Shown one piece after another: positions 1-12,769 of a stretch of 64,000 nt of DNA. Every line of letters starts with the position of its first letter. The stretch's first letter is position 1. The notes under the pieces were generated by a model. It ran no database searches and was not told where the DNA came from. It saw nothing but the letters and a program-made list of their open reading frames with translations. A program made the position numbers and the translations under genes. This stretch comes from Diadema antillarum (taxonomy: Eukaryota), in the NCBI RefSeq assembly GCF_040938485.1, contig NW_027271090.1:558001-622000 (forward strand), written 5' to 3'.

Positions 1-109
1 TTGTTGGTTTTGTGATGCAGGGACCCGGTCACATATGCTTTTCAGCAATATTGTTGATTCTTTTAATTCAGAAATGGTTCAAGATGATTGTAATCTAGGA
101 AGTGTGTCA

Positions 110-420
110 TATTTTATCAATTTTGGGTATTTTTGTAGATAATAAACTTTCTTGGAAAACACATATTGATTATATCTGCAAAATCATTTCTCGCAATATA
201 GGCGTCATGACTGAAATTATTCATCCCTCAAATTGCATTACTTGTGTTATACTCCTCCTTGATACTCCCCTACCTTAATTATGGAATTTTAGCTTGGGGC
301 AATACTCGTCAGACGCTCCTGAGTAGAGCGCTATTACAGCAAAATAAAACCCTCCGTATCATTCATGTCATTTGTAATTCTCTATACGTTCACATACAAA
401 TACATTGTTTGCCTGTAATA
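110..420 (+). mobile_element. Degenerate L2/CR1 LINE reverse-transcriptase C-terminal fragment
   Basis: Frameshifted translation gives LGIFVDNKLSWKTHIDYICKIISRNIGVM and LYSSLILPYLNYGILAWGN...QNKTLRII. These align by eye with the C-terminus of the intact LINE ORF at 20582-23353 (LGLYIDCKLTWKVHVD..., LYSTLFLPYIGYGILAWGN...QKRAIRII). Confidence 0.8.
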
Positions 421-491
421 AGTTATTACCAATCAACGAATTATCTTTGTTTAACTGAGGCCAATATATGTACATGTATGATAACAGTTAA

Positions 492-834
492 AGGGATGGC
501 ACAGTATTGGTGGAGATGAGAATTGGGCTTTTAACTTTTTGCGAGATACCAAGAAAACACTTATGAAATAGTACAGAGCATACCATTTTAAGAGGAATTC
601 AAAGTTTATCTGATGAAAATCGGGTTTGGAATGACCGAAACATCCAAAAACAAAGTAAAACAAAGCGATCATAATAAAGTCTCAGCCATTTCAAAACCAA
701 TTTTCATCAAATAAACGTTGAATTCCTCATAGAATTACATGCTCTTTCATATTTCATAAGAGGTTTCTCATTATCTCACCAAAAAAAATGTTAGAAACTT
801 TAAATTAGGTCTCAACCAAAACTATACGATCCCT
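492..834. mobile_element. Non-autonomous foldback MITE, TTAA-flanked (Kolobok-like), copy 1
   Basis: Ends are TTAA|AGGGAT...ATCCCT|TTAA. There is a near-identical copy at 10684-11054 and a related inverted copy at 46503-46883. Confidence 0.75.
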
Positions 835-1804
835 TTAAATTTAGCCTATTTTTCATTCTATGTTCTTAAAAAATCGGTCTTTCCATAATTACCCCACTCG
901 ACGCTATAATGAGTTTGACTTACCACTTTTTCGAATCATTCTAGCAAAAAATACACTTATTTACACAGAACCAAATTACTCTGATTCTTGATATGAAATC
1001 TGCTCTTTCTATATACTCATTCAAAATGAGATCGATATTTTCTCTTCTACAATGCTATAATGACGACGCCCTGAATCAGATTACTTTATTTCTTCTTTTA
1101 CCCGTCTGTAAAATCTACATTGACGTTTATCATTATTATCATTATTATTTTAGAAGTAGTAGTAGTAGTAGTAGCAGTAAAGGTAGTAGTATCGCTATTA
1201 TTGCCTAAGCCAAGGTTATGATTAGATTTTTGTTAACCTAAAGTGCGCAGTTGAAGGGTTTATTGTATATTCTTTTTTTTTCTTCTCCCCTCAAACCTCC
1301 GAGGATCATTGTTCTGTCTATTTGGTTACCTCTTTGTCACGCTTTAGTCTTGTTTCTTGTCTTGCTGTCAAGTCAGTTTTTTTTTCCTACATGTCTCATG
1401 TTCGTAAGTTTGTTTAACTTTGTTTTTTTTTTGTGTGTAATTGTTTGTCTGTCTGTCTCTCTCTAAAACCTTCTATGCTGCTTTTTTGTTGTTTTTAATC
1501 AATCTTTGCGACGATATTTTTTTTTTATCCAAGAAAGGATCACACTCTACAACTTTGTCTTTTTAGTGGGTCCCTCCGTCATTTTCACACAGTGCAAGAT
1601 ATTATTGACATTCGCTAACCTCAGCAACCTTTGAAATGTATATCCCTACTGTAAGTGTTCAATTAATGTTTTCTCTGCACAAAGTTACATGCATTATTTA
1701 TGTCACTGAAGAGAGTGAGATTTATGTTTATAAAATCATCTCACTATGAATAAAATGAAATAGATTTGAACTTGAACTTATGAAAAGTAGATACTGTGAC
1801 TTGC

Positions 1805-2893
1805 AGGTTGTCTTGAGTGACAGCAATGTTCTCTCCGTCTGGCTGTAGTCCATCAAAGCTGAGCTCGAACCCTTCAAGCTCCTCTGCAGAGTACACTTTC
1901 AGACCTTCCAGCTGGAGATAGAGCTCTGGGTCTAGACTTTGAAGATCTTCATGTGTCATAAGCCTTCCAAGCAAAAGATAACCGATCACATTTCGTCAAT
2001 TTCGTGTGAGCGTGCTGTCAAAATCAATAAAGGAGGAATATGATTTGTGCTGTTTCTGTATGCTGTTTCTATATTCAGTAGAATAGAATCTACCTTCACA
2101 ATGAGACTTTCAAACGGTGCTAAAATCACCATCACAGTATTAAACTAGACTATTGAATTAAATTTCATTAATCATAATTCCTGAAAGGCAGAAGAGTATC
2201 GACATACAGACACTATATCTCTTGGGCATTATCTATCAGGAATCATCTTGTCGCAGGTCTACCTGTTGATATGATTTCATCATATGTTCAAAAGACGACT
2301 GGGGATTCTTTTTTTTCGATAAATGCAAGTAACTAGATCTCAACACTCTAGGAAAGCATGTAACCATTTCCATGCTATGATTATTGTTTTTGCTTTCCTT
2401 TGCAATGAGAACCCCATAGTGCTACCTACTTTTTGTTCAGGAGTTTTTCGTACATCAATAGAGGGAACGGAAGAGTGACGACCGAAGAGTTGTAAAGACA
2501 TAAAGAGAAGAGGAACCCGATCTTTTGTAGAGTCTTGAAGTCCTTGTTGTCCTATAGGAAATGTAACAATTAAAACAATAAAACAATATCGATATAACTA
2601 AATGTTATGTGTAAATGTGTACTTAGTACCATTGCCTAAAAAATCTATAACATTATTGTGCAATTCAGTACTACCTCATCATGTTTTTAATGTATCATAT
2701 ATCACACAGTTATAAAGGATATATACATGTATAATCACAATATAAATTGAAACTTCATGTATTGGCTCTGAAATGAAGAAACGAATTGGTAATGCATTTT
2801 TTAGCAGATAAAGTACAGGTTTATTCAAATTTTCAAATAGCGACGCCGACAATTTGAGTGAAATAAATGTTAGTGGCCGAAATGCATTACCAG

Positions 2894-2940
<47 letters not shown>

Positions 2941-3582
2941 GGCGATATATGAACTAACTTATAGGCTGATATATACCGCATCGAACCACACGTAAGACGA
3001 AACGCTCTGTTCATCCAGCCTCCTGAAGATTGACAGTTTGTTCGTGTCCATTACCTCTCTGAAGAACTCTTGAAAGAATTCCTGTAAAATTAAAAGAATA
3101 TCAGAATAATACTAATTTATCATTCCCACAGTTTTAGTATAAACGGGATAGGCTGCGTTTCTGCTGCCACATTTCCCATGCAGTAATATATAAAAAAACA
3201 CACAAATAAAACAAATGCAGAAACAGCAAACAAGTTCGACTTGAATGAATATTTCATAATGCACGAGTAATGAAAATGACAGCACAAATTCCAAGTATAT
3301 ATAAAGAAAGAAACTGAAAGAGGCTTCAAATTAAAATGCTAAGTGGTAACGTAATTACCAGAGGTGCAGACACGTTCTCCTCCCCTTTCTGTAGCTTGAT
3401 AACGTGTGTGTGCGAACAAATTTACAGATCCTGTAAAAGCCATGCCACCGCGTATTGATACGGCACTGAATCGATACTAGCATTATCAGTACACATTGCA
3501 TCGACCTTGTGAATAGATATTCATCAGGGAAAAACTGATAAGCTGTATCTTATTTTGGACAGAGGTGGAACAAATTCAAGTG

Positions 3583-3627
<45 letters not shown>

Positions 3628-6600
3628 TAATTTCTTTAAATAACTTAACAAAAATAGTTGCATTTATTCTCGCATTTCTAACAATACATCCTGACATCTT
3701 GGCAAAGCTCCAATGTTGAAAACAAACTAGGCATATCACACATTATTGTTTGTAATCGATTATAACGATTTGCCAATACTATTGCCCTTCTACCACCCCC
3801 TCCCCCCTCCCCAAATAAAAAGAAAAAAAATTGTCTAGATTATGCTGGGAAAATGTTATTGTTCAATTACAAATAACATTATCGCTAAGCCGACATATAT
3901 CATGTCCTTTAGGAGTCTCACTCAGCAAAACCGTTTTTTGCATTGATATCGAGTTAGATTATTTTTATTTGTTTATGTGGTGATGAACTAAAGTGAGAAT
4001 CTGTGTGATGACGACATCACGGACCTTTGTAGGGCCTCCCAGGTCCGTTGCACACTCGTCCTTAAACTGAACTTCCAACGGTTTCAACCATGTCGCTTTT
4101 CCGTCGTTCCAGTACCGATCGACATTCTCCATAGCAGACTGCACGATACTCGATCCTCGTTGGATGTCCACAAACCTCAATACGGGAGATCGTAGATCGC
4201 TTGGGGGAATCCCCAAATGTGGATTCGCCCGCAAAATGTTATTCTGCACAAACTGGATGTAATTCTGAAAGTCGATTTCAGAAGTGATGAGGTCCTGTAC
4301 AAAAACAAAAACAAACAAACTAATAAACAAATATGCAAACAAAAATGGTGGTAAATCAACAACATCGACAAAATTCATCAGATATAACAGTTTGATTCCA
4401 CCGTAACATGTCTCAAGTTGAAAAAAAAAAAATCTTACATATGAATGGACCTAAAAATGACAGCTATCAAGCAAATAAACAATATAGGGCCTACTCAACA
4501 AGCAGATTTCAAATTTAACACCTCTTTTATAAGCTTCACTGTGAAGAGTAGAATGTAATCGAAATTGTCCTAAACCGACCACTGGGTAGGAAATAATATT
4601 TGCATGAATTCAATGAGAAGTTAAATACAGTTCTCTACTTTTTTGTGTGACATGGGAGCACATAAAATTCATGTCATTATGGTAAGAGATGATTATGTAA
4701 GCCAGTGTAACGTATAATTTCTAGCTCTCATAAAGTTAAGAGAATTGCGTTAGCACTCCATTATGACAGCATTTGCCATAACACTATAGTCTTATTACTT
4801 TCTGATTCAGAAAAAAAGTTACACAGCGATGTTTGCATTCACTTCAAGCCCAGGATACGAATTACTATCTACGTTCTTGTGATATTACAGCCATCCAAAT
4901 TACAGCTGTCATGCGTTATCATCATTGTTACTATTGATAACTATTGCCATTACCACCATCAACGTTACTTTTTAGCCTTGTCAATACGTATTAATTATTC
5001 TCTGTATCAATCTTATTGTCGTTACTGTTATTATCATTTAAAATGTGAGGGTGTCTGAAGGTAGGGTATAGAAAAATCACACAATCCCCTACGCTGTAAA
5101 TTCAATTGCTTAGATGAATCGTTGTTAAGATTGGATTAAAATCAAGATTATTGAATAACGCCACTTCTCCACGCAACACGACGTGCTTTACCTGAAATAT
5201 ACACGTGTATCATCCTCCCCTGAGACAACATCGAACTTTCCTTGAGTAATATCCTGGCAGTTTTTATTCAAGACAATGGATTTTCGGATTAACAAACTTA
5301 AGGTATAACGAATCTTCGGAATAACAGACCCTATTACATTTCCGGATCAACGAGCCTTCGGAAAACAAACCTTATTTCATTTTCGGATCAACGAACCTTC
5401 GGAAAAACGAACTCTACTTCACTTTCGAAAAAACGAGCATTCGGAAAACAAACCTTATTTTTTTTCGGATTTACAAACTTTCGGAATAACGAACCTTTAT
5501 TCATTTTCGGAATAACAAATCTACGGAATAACGTACCCTATTTCGTTTACGAATAAACGAGCCTTCGGAAAAACGAATTATATTTCATTTTCGGATAAAC
5601 GACCCTTCGGAAAAACGAACCTTCGGAATAACTCCACAAATCTTCGGATTAACGAACCCTTTTTGCATTTTCGGATGAACGAACCTCTAGGTGTAGAGAA
5701 TGTGTGTGTGTTTCGGATTAACGAACATTCGGAATACCGAACCTTCATTGAATCCGAAACACGATACCGATTTTTTTTTTTTTTTTTAAGGTTAAATTCT
5801 CTAAAGGTTGTTTCTATAATAGAATGAACTTACCCGAACCATATCCGCTGACATTTCGAGAAGCTTCCACTTGGTGTTGACATCAAGTAGGAATAGATAC
5901 TGAATCCAGGTGAATGTCTGGAAGGAAAAAAATAACCATTTGATGGATTGGTCTCTGAATTGCGTCAGACAATCACAAGAGGAGAATGACAAATCACGGT
6001 AGCTTTCCTAATTCTCTTTGTTGGCATATACAGAAAAAAAAACCTTATCAGGCTAAAGGCTACTGTTACACGACCTGATGAAGTAAACTGCCATCAACTT
6101 AATTTGTACATTTGTAATTAAATCAAATCATCTTAAAACCATTTTCACCTAATAAATGATTCCTTTAGCAATTTCAGTACGATAATCAGGTACGCCTAGT
6201 CTCTCATAAGTTTATTCCCTCCCAAATGTATCTTTTTTAAATTTACATTTAGTTATTCGTACAAGAGATGTATTAGTATAGTTTACTTGTCTTATTAACA
6301 ATTAGTTTCTTGAGTTTGTGACAAATGCAGATAGGATAAAACTGACTAGAAAGAATATAATTAGTGGAACAATTAGCGAAGAAGTGATGCATCATCACTT
6401 CGATGATCCCTCGTATTCATCCCCAAGTTGAATTATCCTTCGGGTTTATGCAAGGTTTAAGTGTGTGCGTGTGTGTCACACACAAACACACTGCTATAGC
6501 TTCTGACCATCCGAACACTGAGAATTTAGGATTTCTGGGACGAACACTGAACTAGTGCTTTCTATAGCTCATTCGGTAGAGTACCGGGCTAGCATCCTTA

Positions 6601-9600
6601 GGTCTCGGATTCGAATCCCGCTTATATCCCATTTTCTTTGCTCATTTTTCCACTAATAATAATAGTTTCGTCAGACTTATCCCGTTGAATGAAATACACC
6701 TGTACAAGCGCATACTATTTGTTAATATAACAAAGGTAATTTGGACTTACTGGTTGAACATTTAGAGCCTTGTCCCCGTTATATTTTATCATATGATTTT
6801 GGAGTTCTATTTCGCTGATGTCCCGTGTGTAAAACATCCGATAGGATACAATACGGTGCTTCCTTTCGTTTGCCTGACGAGAAAAGAAGAGTAGTAAAAC
6901 TTCTGTGACATCGAAAAGGTATAAAAGGAAGGCAGATATGAAAATGTCGATTCTTAACTTTTATTAGTACTTTATGTACACAGCCTACGGAGTAACAATT
7001 AATGTATAACTATCGATGAGGTATTGTATGATGTTTATTATAGCATGTTATTCACTATAAAGGTATGGAACAGGAGCAACGATGTAGTTCCCTCCCTCGG
7101 CTGAGCAATTTTGTGTGTGATCATATCTCCCTTCTGAAGAAAGGCAAATCACTGTCCAAGGGTAGGACATAGAGGCCTTGTGTGTGACATAGTCACAACT
7201 CGTGCACGTACATCTACATGCTTTTTCTCCAAAACTTTTTAGACCTCCATGGACTATTTCATTGTCTCAATTTCAGCATTTTCCAACTCATACTAATGTC
7301 TTAAGCCATATCAGCCGAAATCCATTGTTTTGTTTTGTTTTTAACTTTTCTCTCATTATCGGTTACACAAAAATGTGTTGGAGTGACTGCCACTTTGAAT
7401 CAAACTTGTTAAGAGTACCCGATAAAGATCATTTATGTGACCCAGACTTTGGAACAATCTCACCATTAAAGCTATTTAAGGACTCGACTCTCCTTGACTC
7501 TCTGTCGTCTTTCCTTCAACAATATTGAGGAACTTATTTGCTTTAACGCTTTGTGTAATATTGGGTCTGTATAACACCTTGGAGATACCCCAAACACCCG
7601 AAATGCACATATCTCTTGATATAACGATTGCAGTGAATTATGTTCCATCTTTATAAAATATTAATGTTTGTTAACAATTGGAACCACAACAGACATAAAC
7701 TTTTATATAGATTGAAGGTATATCATTATTGTTGTCGCTGTTGTTGTGATCCAGTCATTTTTATTAACATGCATAATAATTCACTTCGTGTGCTCAAGCT
7801 GAATTCATTAAATTGTTCTATTCATCTAAAAATATGCCACTGCATCATATGACATGATTTTGTGTGTTTGTTTGTGTGTGTGTGTGTTTGTGTGTGTATG
7901 TGTTGAAGATAATTAATTGTTTTTAGTTCCTGATGTGATTCCTTATTTGCTTGGAAAAGGCCTAAGGGTCATATAATACGCGAAGTGCACCTCAGGGAGG
8001 CCGGATTTCTTACGCTTTTGTACTACGCATGTGTTTTTGTGAGTAATGCATTGTTCTCTGGAAATGTTGAATAGATAATTCAGTGTTAAAATCATGAATA
8101 AGAATAGAATAAGGATAAAAAAAAAGTAAACAGACAAAAATTTGTCCCATATACGCGTATCCACATGCATATTATCAGCGCTCATCTCATCTTCAGATTC
8201 AGATTGTATATTATGATTGTCATGAATACAAATAATACCACCAAAAATATTCCCAGACCTGTCTTATTATATATGTAACAATTAATGCACATTAAGTACA
8301 AAATGCATAAAAATATGGTTTAACCAAGAACAAGTGTTACATTTGCACTCGAAACTTTGTCAGCTTTTCATTTTGCCTGTCTACGTAGTCAATGGTATAA
8401 CACTGACTTTAGGCAGAACCTGGTAACCAGAGGTGAACAGAAAAAGCCTTGAGGGGGGGGGGGACCTTTTTATCCCATCAGTCTATGTCAGGACTTTTAG
8501 GGCTGACAGGACTATTTAAAGCGTTGTTTGGCACTCTACCTCATTGAGATGTTGCAGTGCGTTGATCAAGACGAATACAGTGCCAAATTCTTCGTACGCC
8601 CTGCTTCGTCGCAGCGCAAGCAGCCCTTTCTTCAACACGAGAATCATCCGCCGCAGTAGACGGTCATCGTGTTCCCACCAATTGCCTGTGTGTCAACAAC
8701 AACAAACATTGAGTCTGAAATCATTTCCGCCATAATCATACATGTGCGTGTACGCGTACATGTATGTAGTACTTATGAGTGTGTGAGTAATCATTCCATT
8801 GCCGGGTACACTATGTACTTCAACAACTTCACAAAGAGACTTAGGATAATTTACCCTAGTATACCCTCATTGATGGTAGCTAAGCAATAATAATCATAGT
8901 ATGCATGGCTAGTGATCAAATTGTTGCAAATACATGTTCTACAACGCATTCAAATTTTGCATGCTCAATCTAATTGCAAGGCCGTCGACATAATGTAATT
9001 TTTCACCTGCTACATCTGAAGTTTACTTGTTTTATAAAGCAGTTTGTATAGTGTTTTTTTTTTGTTTTTTTTTGTTGTTTTTTTTTTTTGCTGGGTTAGG
9101 CAAGCTTTGGGTTTGCCAATTAAGGGTCATCGTTGCTAAGGAATATCTACCTGAGATTTATATACATCATCATGCGGAGTGATTTCATGCAAAAAGTTTT
9201 CATGCAATAGGAACCTGGAATTACAACATACAAAGAGTTTCGAAGGCATCCAGCGGCTGGCTTGTCCCAAGCTTGTTAAGACATTCGGCAACGAGGACGA
9301 TTATTCTGCGAGACCACGCCTCGTCCGGGTGGTCGAAGGCAGGGCACATGATTATGAGAGACAGTGCCTTTAGAAGGGTGTGATCGTATTGGGCGTGGCA
9401 CAGTCCCGACCAGCATCCGTTGTATTGCTCATGAATAATGTCTGCCACCTTCCATGGGAAGATTATGTAAAGAGGTATATCACATACACGCACACATACA
9501 CTTATGTCAAGTATATCATGTACAATTGTATACTTCATTAAAATTATAGAGCTTGTCTGGACTTTTACTTATTGATTCGCGAATTATTAAGAACGAATTG

Positions 9601-11846
9601 CAGCTGCCCTCTAAAATTTTAGCAACGAATTTAAAACACAATTATGCAGATAGGACCTTATTGGGGAACATTTAAGATACAGAAACAGAAACAAAATATT
9701 TTGTTTTTGTATCTTACTTCTGTTTGCCCATGTAAGGGTGTGTTCCTATATAACATGGCATGTTCACTAAAATACTATTTCTGACAGACGAATGGTGCAT
9801 GGATATAAGGAAGCAAGTCGAAAGATGTCTTCTGTCTTGCATGGGTGAGTGTGCGCAATTGTGTGTGCGAGCGATACAGAAGAAGAGAGTTCTCATCCAC
9901 ATCTCATTTTAAGAACAAAGCTGATAAACGAGTATGAAGTTTAAAATATCTTCAGGAACAGCAGGTTGCTAATAAGTTTTAACTATACCCAAGTAACGCG
10001 AAACTGTCACGCCTAATCAGTTCTCATGAAGTCCCATTATTTAACACAAAATGTTTATCTGTCAAGGCATCTACATGACATGCTAATAATTGTAAGACTA
10101 TAATGTTTATAGATAACAATTCAGTTCCCTGCAAACCAAAGCCGGGAAATTGTTTTCACATCCGTGAAATTATACGAAAAAAAGGTAAATAAAAAGTGCC
10201 TCTAATACAATCAGGTATGGGAAGGGTGGTGTGTTTGAGGCCTCATTCTTTTTGTTACATGCTATGACGCGGAAGGTAGTTTTTACACGACAATTGCATC
10301 GGTTTCTGCATCAATAGAATTCACTGTTCTGATCGAACAGTAATATCGAACACTAAAACGCTTGTTAGATCATATGACTAATGTGATCTAATGTGACTCG
10401 TATTGATTTACAGCTTAACTTCTGCATCTTCGTTGCGTACAATTATAATTTTAATTATTTTACCAGTTTGAGGTGGAAGTCCTTCAGCCGCAGAATGTGA
10501 AAAGTTTGCCGAGCCTGCGCCAGATCTATCAGCTGATCAGTTTCGCTGCAATATCAAAAGAGATTTAGAGTTATTCGTTCTCTTTTCAATATGTTTTTGC
10601 TTGTCAGAAATCCAATGATCTCTAATTTCTAATAAATCTTAGCCTGCGTTAATTTGTTTTAGCTACATTGTGATCGTCCTTACAGGGATGGTACAGTATT
10701 GATGGAGATGAGAATTGGGCTTTTAACTTTTTGCGAGATACCAAGAAAACACTTATGAAATAGTACAGAGCATACCATTTAAAGAGGAATTCAAAGTTTT
10801 TAATAAAAATCGGGTTTGGAATGACTGAAACATCCAAAAACAAAGTAAAACAAAGCGATCGCAATAAAGTGTGGGTCCCACACTTATTATCTGTTTTGGA
10901 TATCTTAGCCATTTCAAAACCAATTTTCATCAAATAAACGTTGAATTCCTCATGAAATTACATGCTCTTTCATTTCATTAGATGTTTCTCATTATCTCAC
11001 CAAACAAATGTAAGAAACCTGAAATTAGGTCTCAACCACAGCTATACGACCCCTTTAAGTATTTTCCTCCGATCATTCTCTTTTTGTTTTTGATTCTTGC
11101 TTTGAAGTATGCAGCAGAAATGCTTACTAAACAAACTCGTCGTGACTCAGTTATATGAGATTACAGAATTTGACTTAATGAAAAAAGTCATCTACCCTGA
11201 TCTCTGCGACTGTAAATGATTACGATGATTTTAAAATATGTTTTTATTTTCATTTCATTAATTCCATCACAGTTTCTGGCATGGACCGCAAGGAAAAAAA
11301 TGTCTACAACTCAATTTATGCCATCAGTGCCAGTCAATTCAATATTTCATTTGACATTAAATAGCACTAAAGGAGGTTAACAATATGGCGGCAAGCACTG
11401 CAGCACCAATTTCAGAAGATGCATCTTTATCACTTAGTCCATTTTTTTTGACAAAATGTCAAAAACAGGTCATAATAACGATTATGAAATGACAATTCAG
11501 TTATCGATAAAGATAATCAAAATAATAACAACAAATGATTATGAGGGAGAATACAGATATTAAGTAATGAAAATGACATAATAATCCATGAATTGTGTAT
11601 GAGGTGTGTATGTTTGGGTCTCTGAGAAATGAAAATGGTAAAGTGTAAAAGACGCAAACCCCTGAGAGTTCCTGAAGGCGTGTCCTAGAATCTCCGGCGA
11701 GAGAACTTCGGTCACTTCTGCAAGGAGCTCGGGCGACGGACTGTCTGCTTCCACGAATCGATGGAACACAGCCTTTACGCAACCGGAGGTATCATCACGG
11801 TGAGGCGCAAAAGCGCCAGCTTGAGCCCTTTCCATCACGCGCTCTG
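1805..11846 (-). CDS. HERC3/4-like HECT E3 ubiquitin ligase, paralog A (partial; 3' end beyond the left edge, 5' end not located)
   Basis: Ten phase-compatible exons with AG/GT(GC) borders: 11846-11660, 10545-10464, 9448-9232, 8685-8540, 6873-6751, 5917-5834, 4294-4025, 3081-2977, 2551-2430, 1963-1805 (about 497 codons). The spliced product contains HECT motifs KPLEVQFKDECATDLGGPTK|EFFQ, IGFLFSLCLYNSSVVTLPFPLLMYEKLLN and THEDLQSLDPELY. It also has small-HERC-like pre-HECT segments (IDLAQARQTFHIL, NWW, YLFLLDVNTKWKLL). Confidence 0.85.
2896..2937. repeat. (AT)n microsatellite (others near 3586-3630, 15621-15680, 16589-16640)
   Basis: Direct dinucleotide runs; they are the source of the YIYIYI ORFs in the track. 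Confidence 0.95.
5281..5765. repeat. Degenerate minisatellite built on a TTCGGA(A/T)(T/A)AACGAACC motif
   Basis: More than 15 irregularly spaced imperfect copies of the motif. Shorter related patches occur near 37650-37750 and 51500-51620. Confidence 0.8.
6561..6622 (+). mobile_element. tRNA-derived SINE head / tRNA pseudogene-like sequence
   Basis: A-box-like TAGCTCATTCGG and B-box-like GGATTCGAATCC at tRNA spacing, but no convincing acceptor or anticodon stems. Confidence 0.4.
7200..7530 (+). mobile_element. Very degenerate LINE (L2/CR1) RT 3' fragment
   Basis: One frame gives *PRLWNNL, resembling the GPKFWNEL motif at the end of the intact LINE ORF. The rest is heavily decayed. Confidence 0.35.
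10684..11054. mobile_element. TTAA-type foldback MITE (Kolobok-like), copy 2
   Basis: Near-identical to 492-834 with a roughly 30-bp internal insertion; ends CCCT|TTAA. Confidence 0.75.
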
Positions 11847-12769
11847 CTTGAATGGTAGAAAAACACTACCGAAAGATGCTGAATTCAAAATCGTTATATT
11901 AGGCTGGATGAGAATAAAGTCAAACGATAAATGTAGTCAGAGGTTATGTATATATGTGACCCTGCACCACAAAATCAACAAAAAGTCGTCAGACAGGAAT
12001 TTCTAGCTATAAAAGGGCACATTGTGAAAGAGCAGATTTTAAACTTTAATATTATTTAAAGCTCAATTCAAATGGACTCTCCTAACCTATCTAACTATTT
12101 GAAAGAGAGCCCAAATTCTGGAAAAGAGTGTACTGGAAAAAGAGGCTGTAGAGTATTGGGTCTACTCAAGTCCTTAATCTCTACCAAACCGTGCTCTGTT
12201 CAATCAATGGGACAAGAAATATGATGTAAAACTCCATAGCAACAACAATTCCTAAATAATACCAAATTTCAAAGCAGTAGCATAATAATATCAGAAGTAA
12301 TTAAAGTTAACAGTGAAGAATGTGTAAAGGGTATCTAAGAAATGAAAGAGGGGTCTCAAAAAGACATACCTAATCAAACTATTCTACTAAAAACAATGTT
12401 CTAGAAAAGCTGCTAAATAAGACATTTCCCATTCGATTCATGATCCTAAACTAGGAATATAGAATCAGAATGGCTCTTTCAGAAAAATTCAAATCCTCAA
12501 GATTAACTAGGTTGACCCATGTCACCTATTTTGAGTAATCGCGCAATTTTCTTTTTGGTTTGTGATGCACGGCCACATATTGTGTTGAATGTATTTATTT
12601 ATATAGACATATTTTGAAAATATATATTTATATGACATATACATAATATAAATGTTTATATATCAAATTTATGACTACAATCAATGTCCACCATGATTAT
12701 ACTTTCGAGACAGCTTTACTGTATTCATCAGGTGACCGAATAATAGGGGACTTTTATGATTTACAATTC

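Noticed and set aside
920-1110. Minus-strand segment bounded by ttttacag and gtaagt
   Set aside because: It has stops in all three frames and is not HECT-like.
1480-1650. Candidate next HECT-A exon after 1805
   Set aside because: The phase-compatible frame hits a stop, and the open frame has no similarity to the expected paralog B exon (NRYV...AFRKGF...DWKALE).
1964-2020. Apparent in-frame TGA just upstream of the HECT-like ORF 1744-1989, suggesting a pseudogene
   Set aside because: The true acceptor is ttttgcttggaag at 1964. Splicing from exon 2551-2430 gives YEKLLNK-K-LMTHEDL, so the stop is intronic.
2679-3014. ORFs containing YIYIYI or VCVCVC runs (also 3524, 15605, 16410, 16467, 34443)
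   Set aside because: They are translated microsatellites.
5281-5765. Repeat array superficially like CRISPR
   Set aside because: Units are degenerate and irregular, there are no unique spacers of constant length and no cas genes, and the context is eukaryotic.
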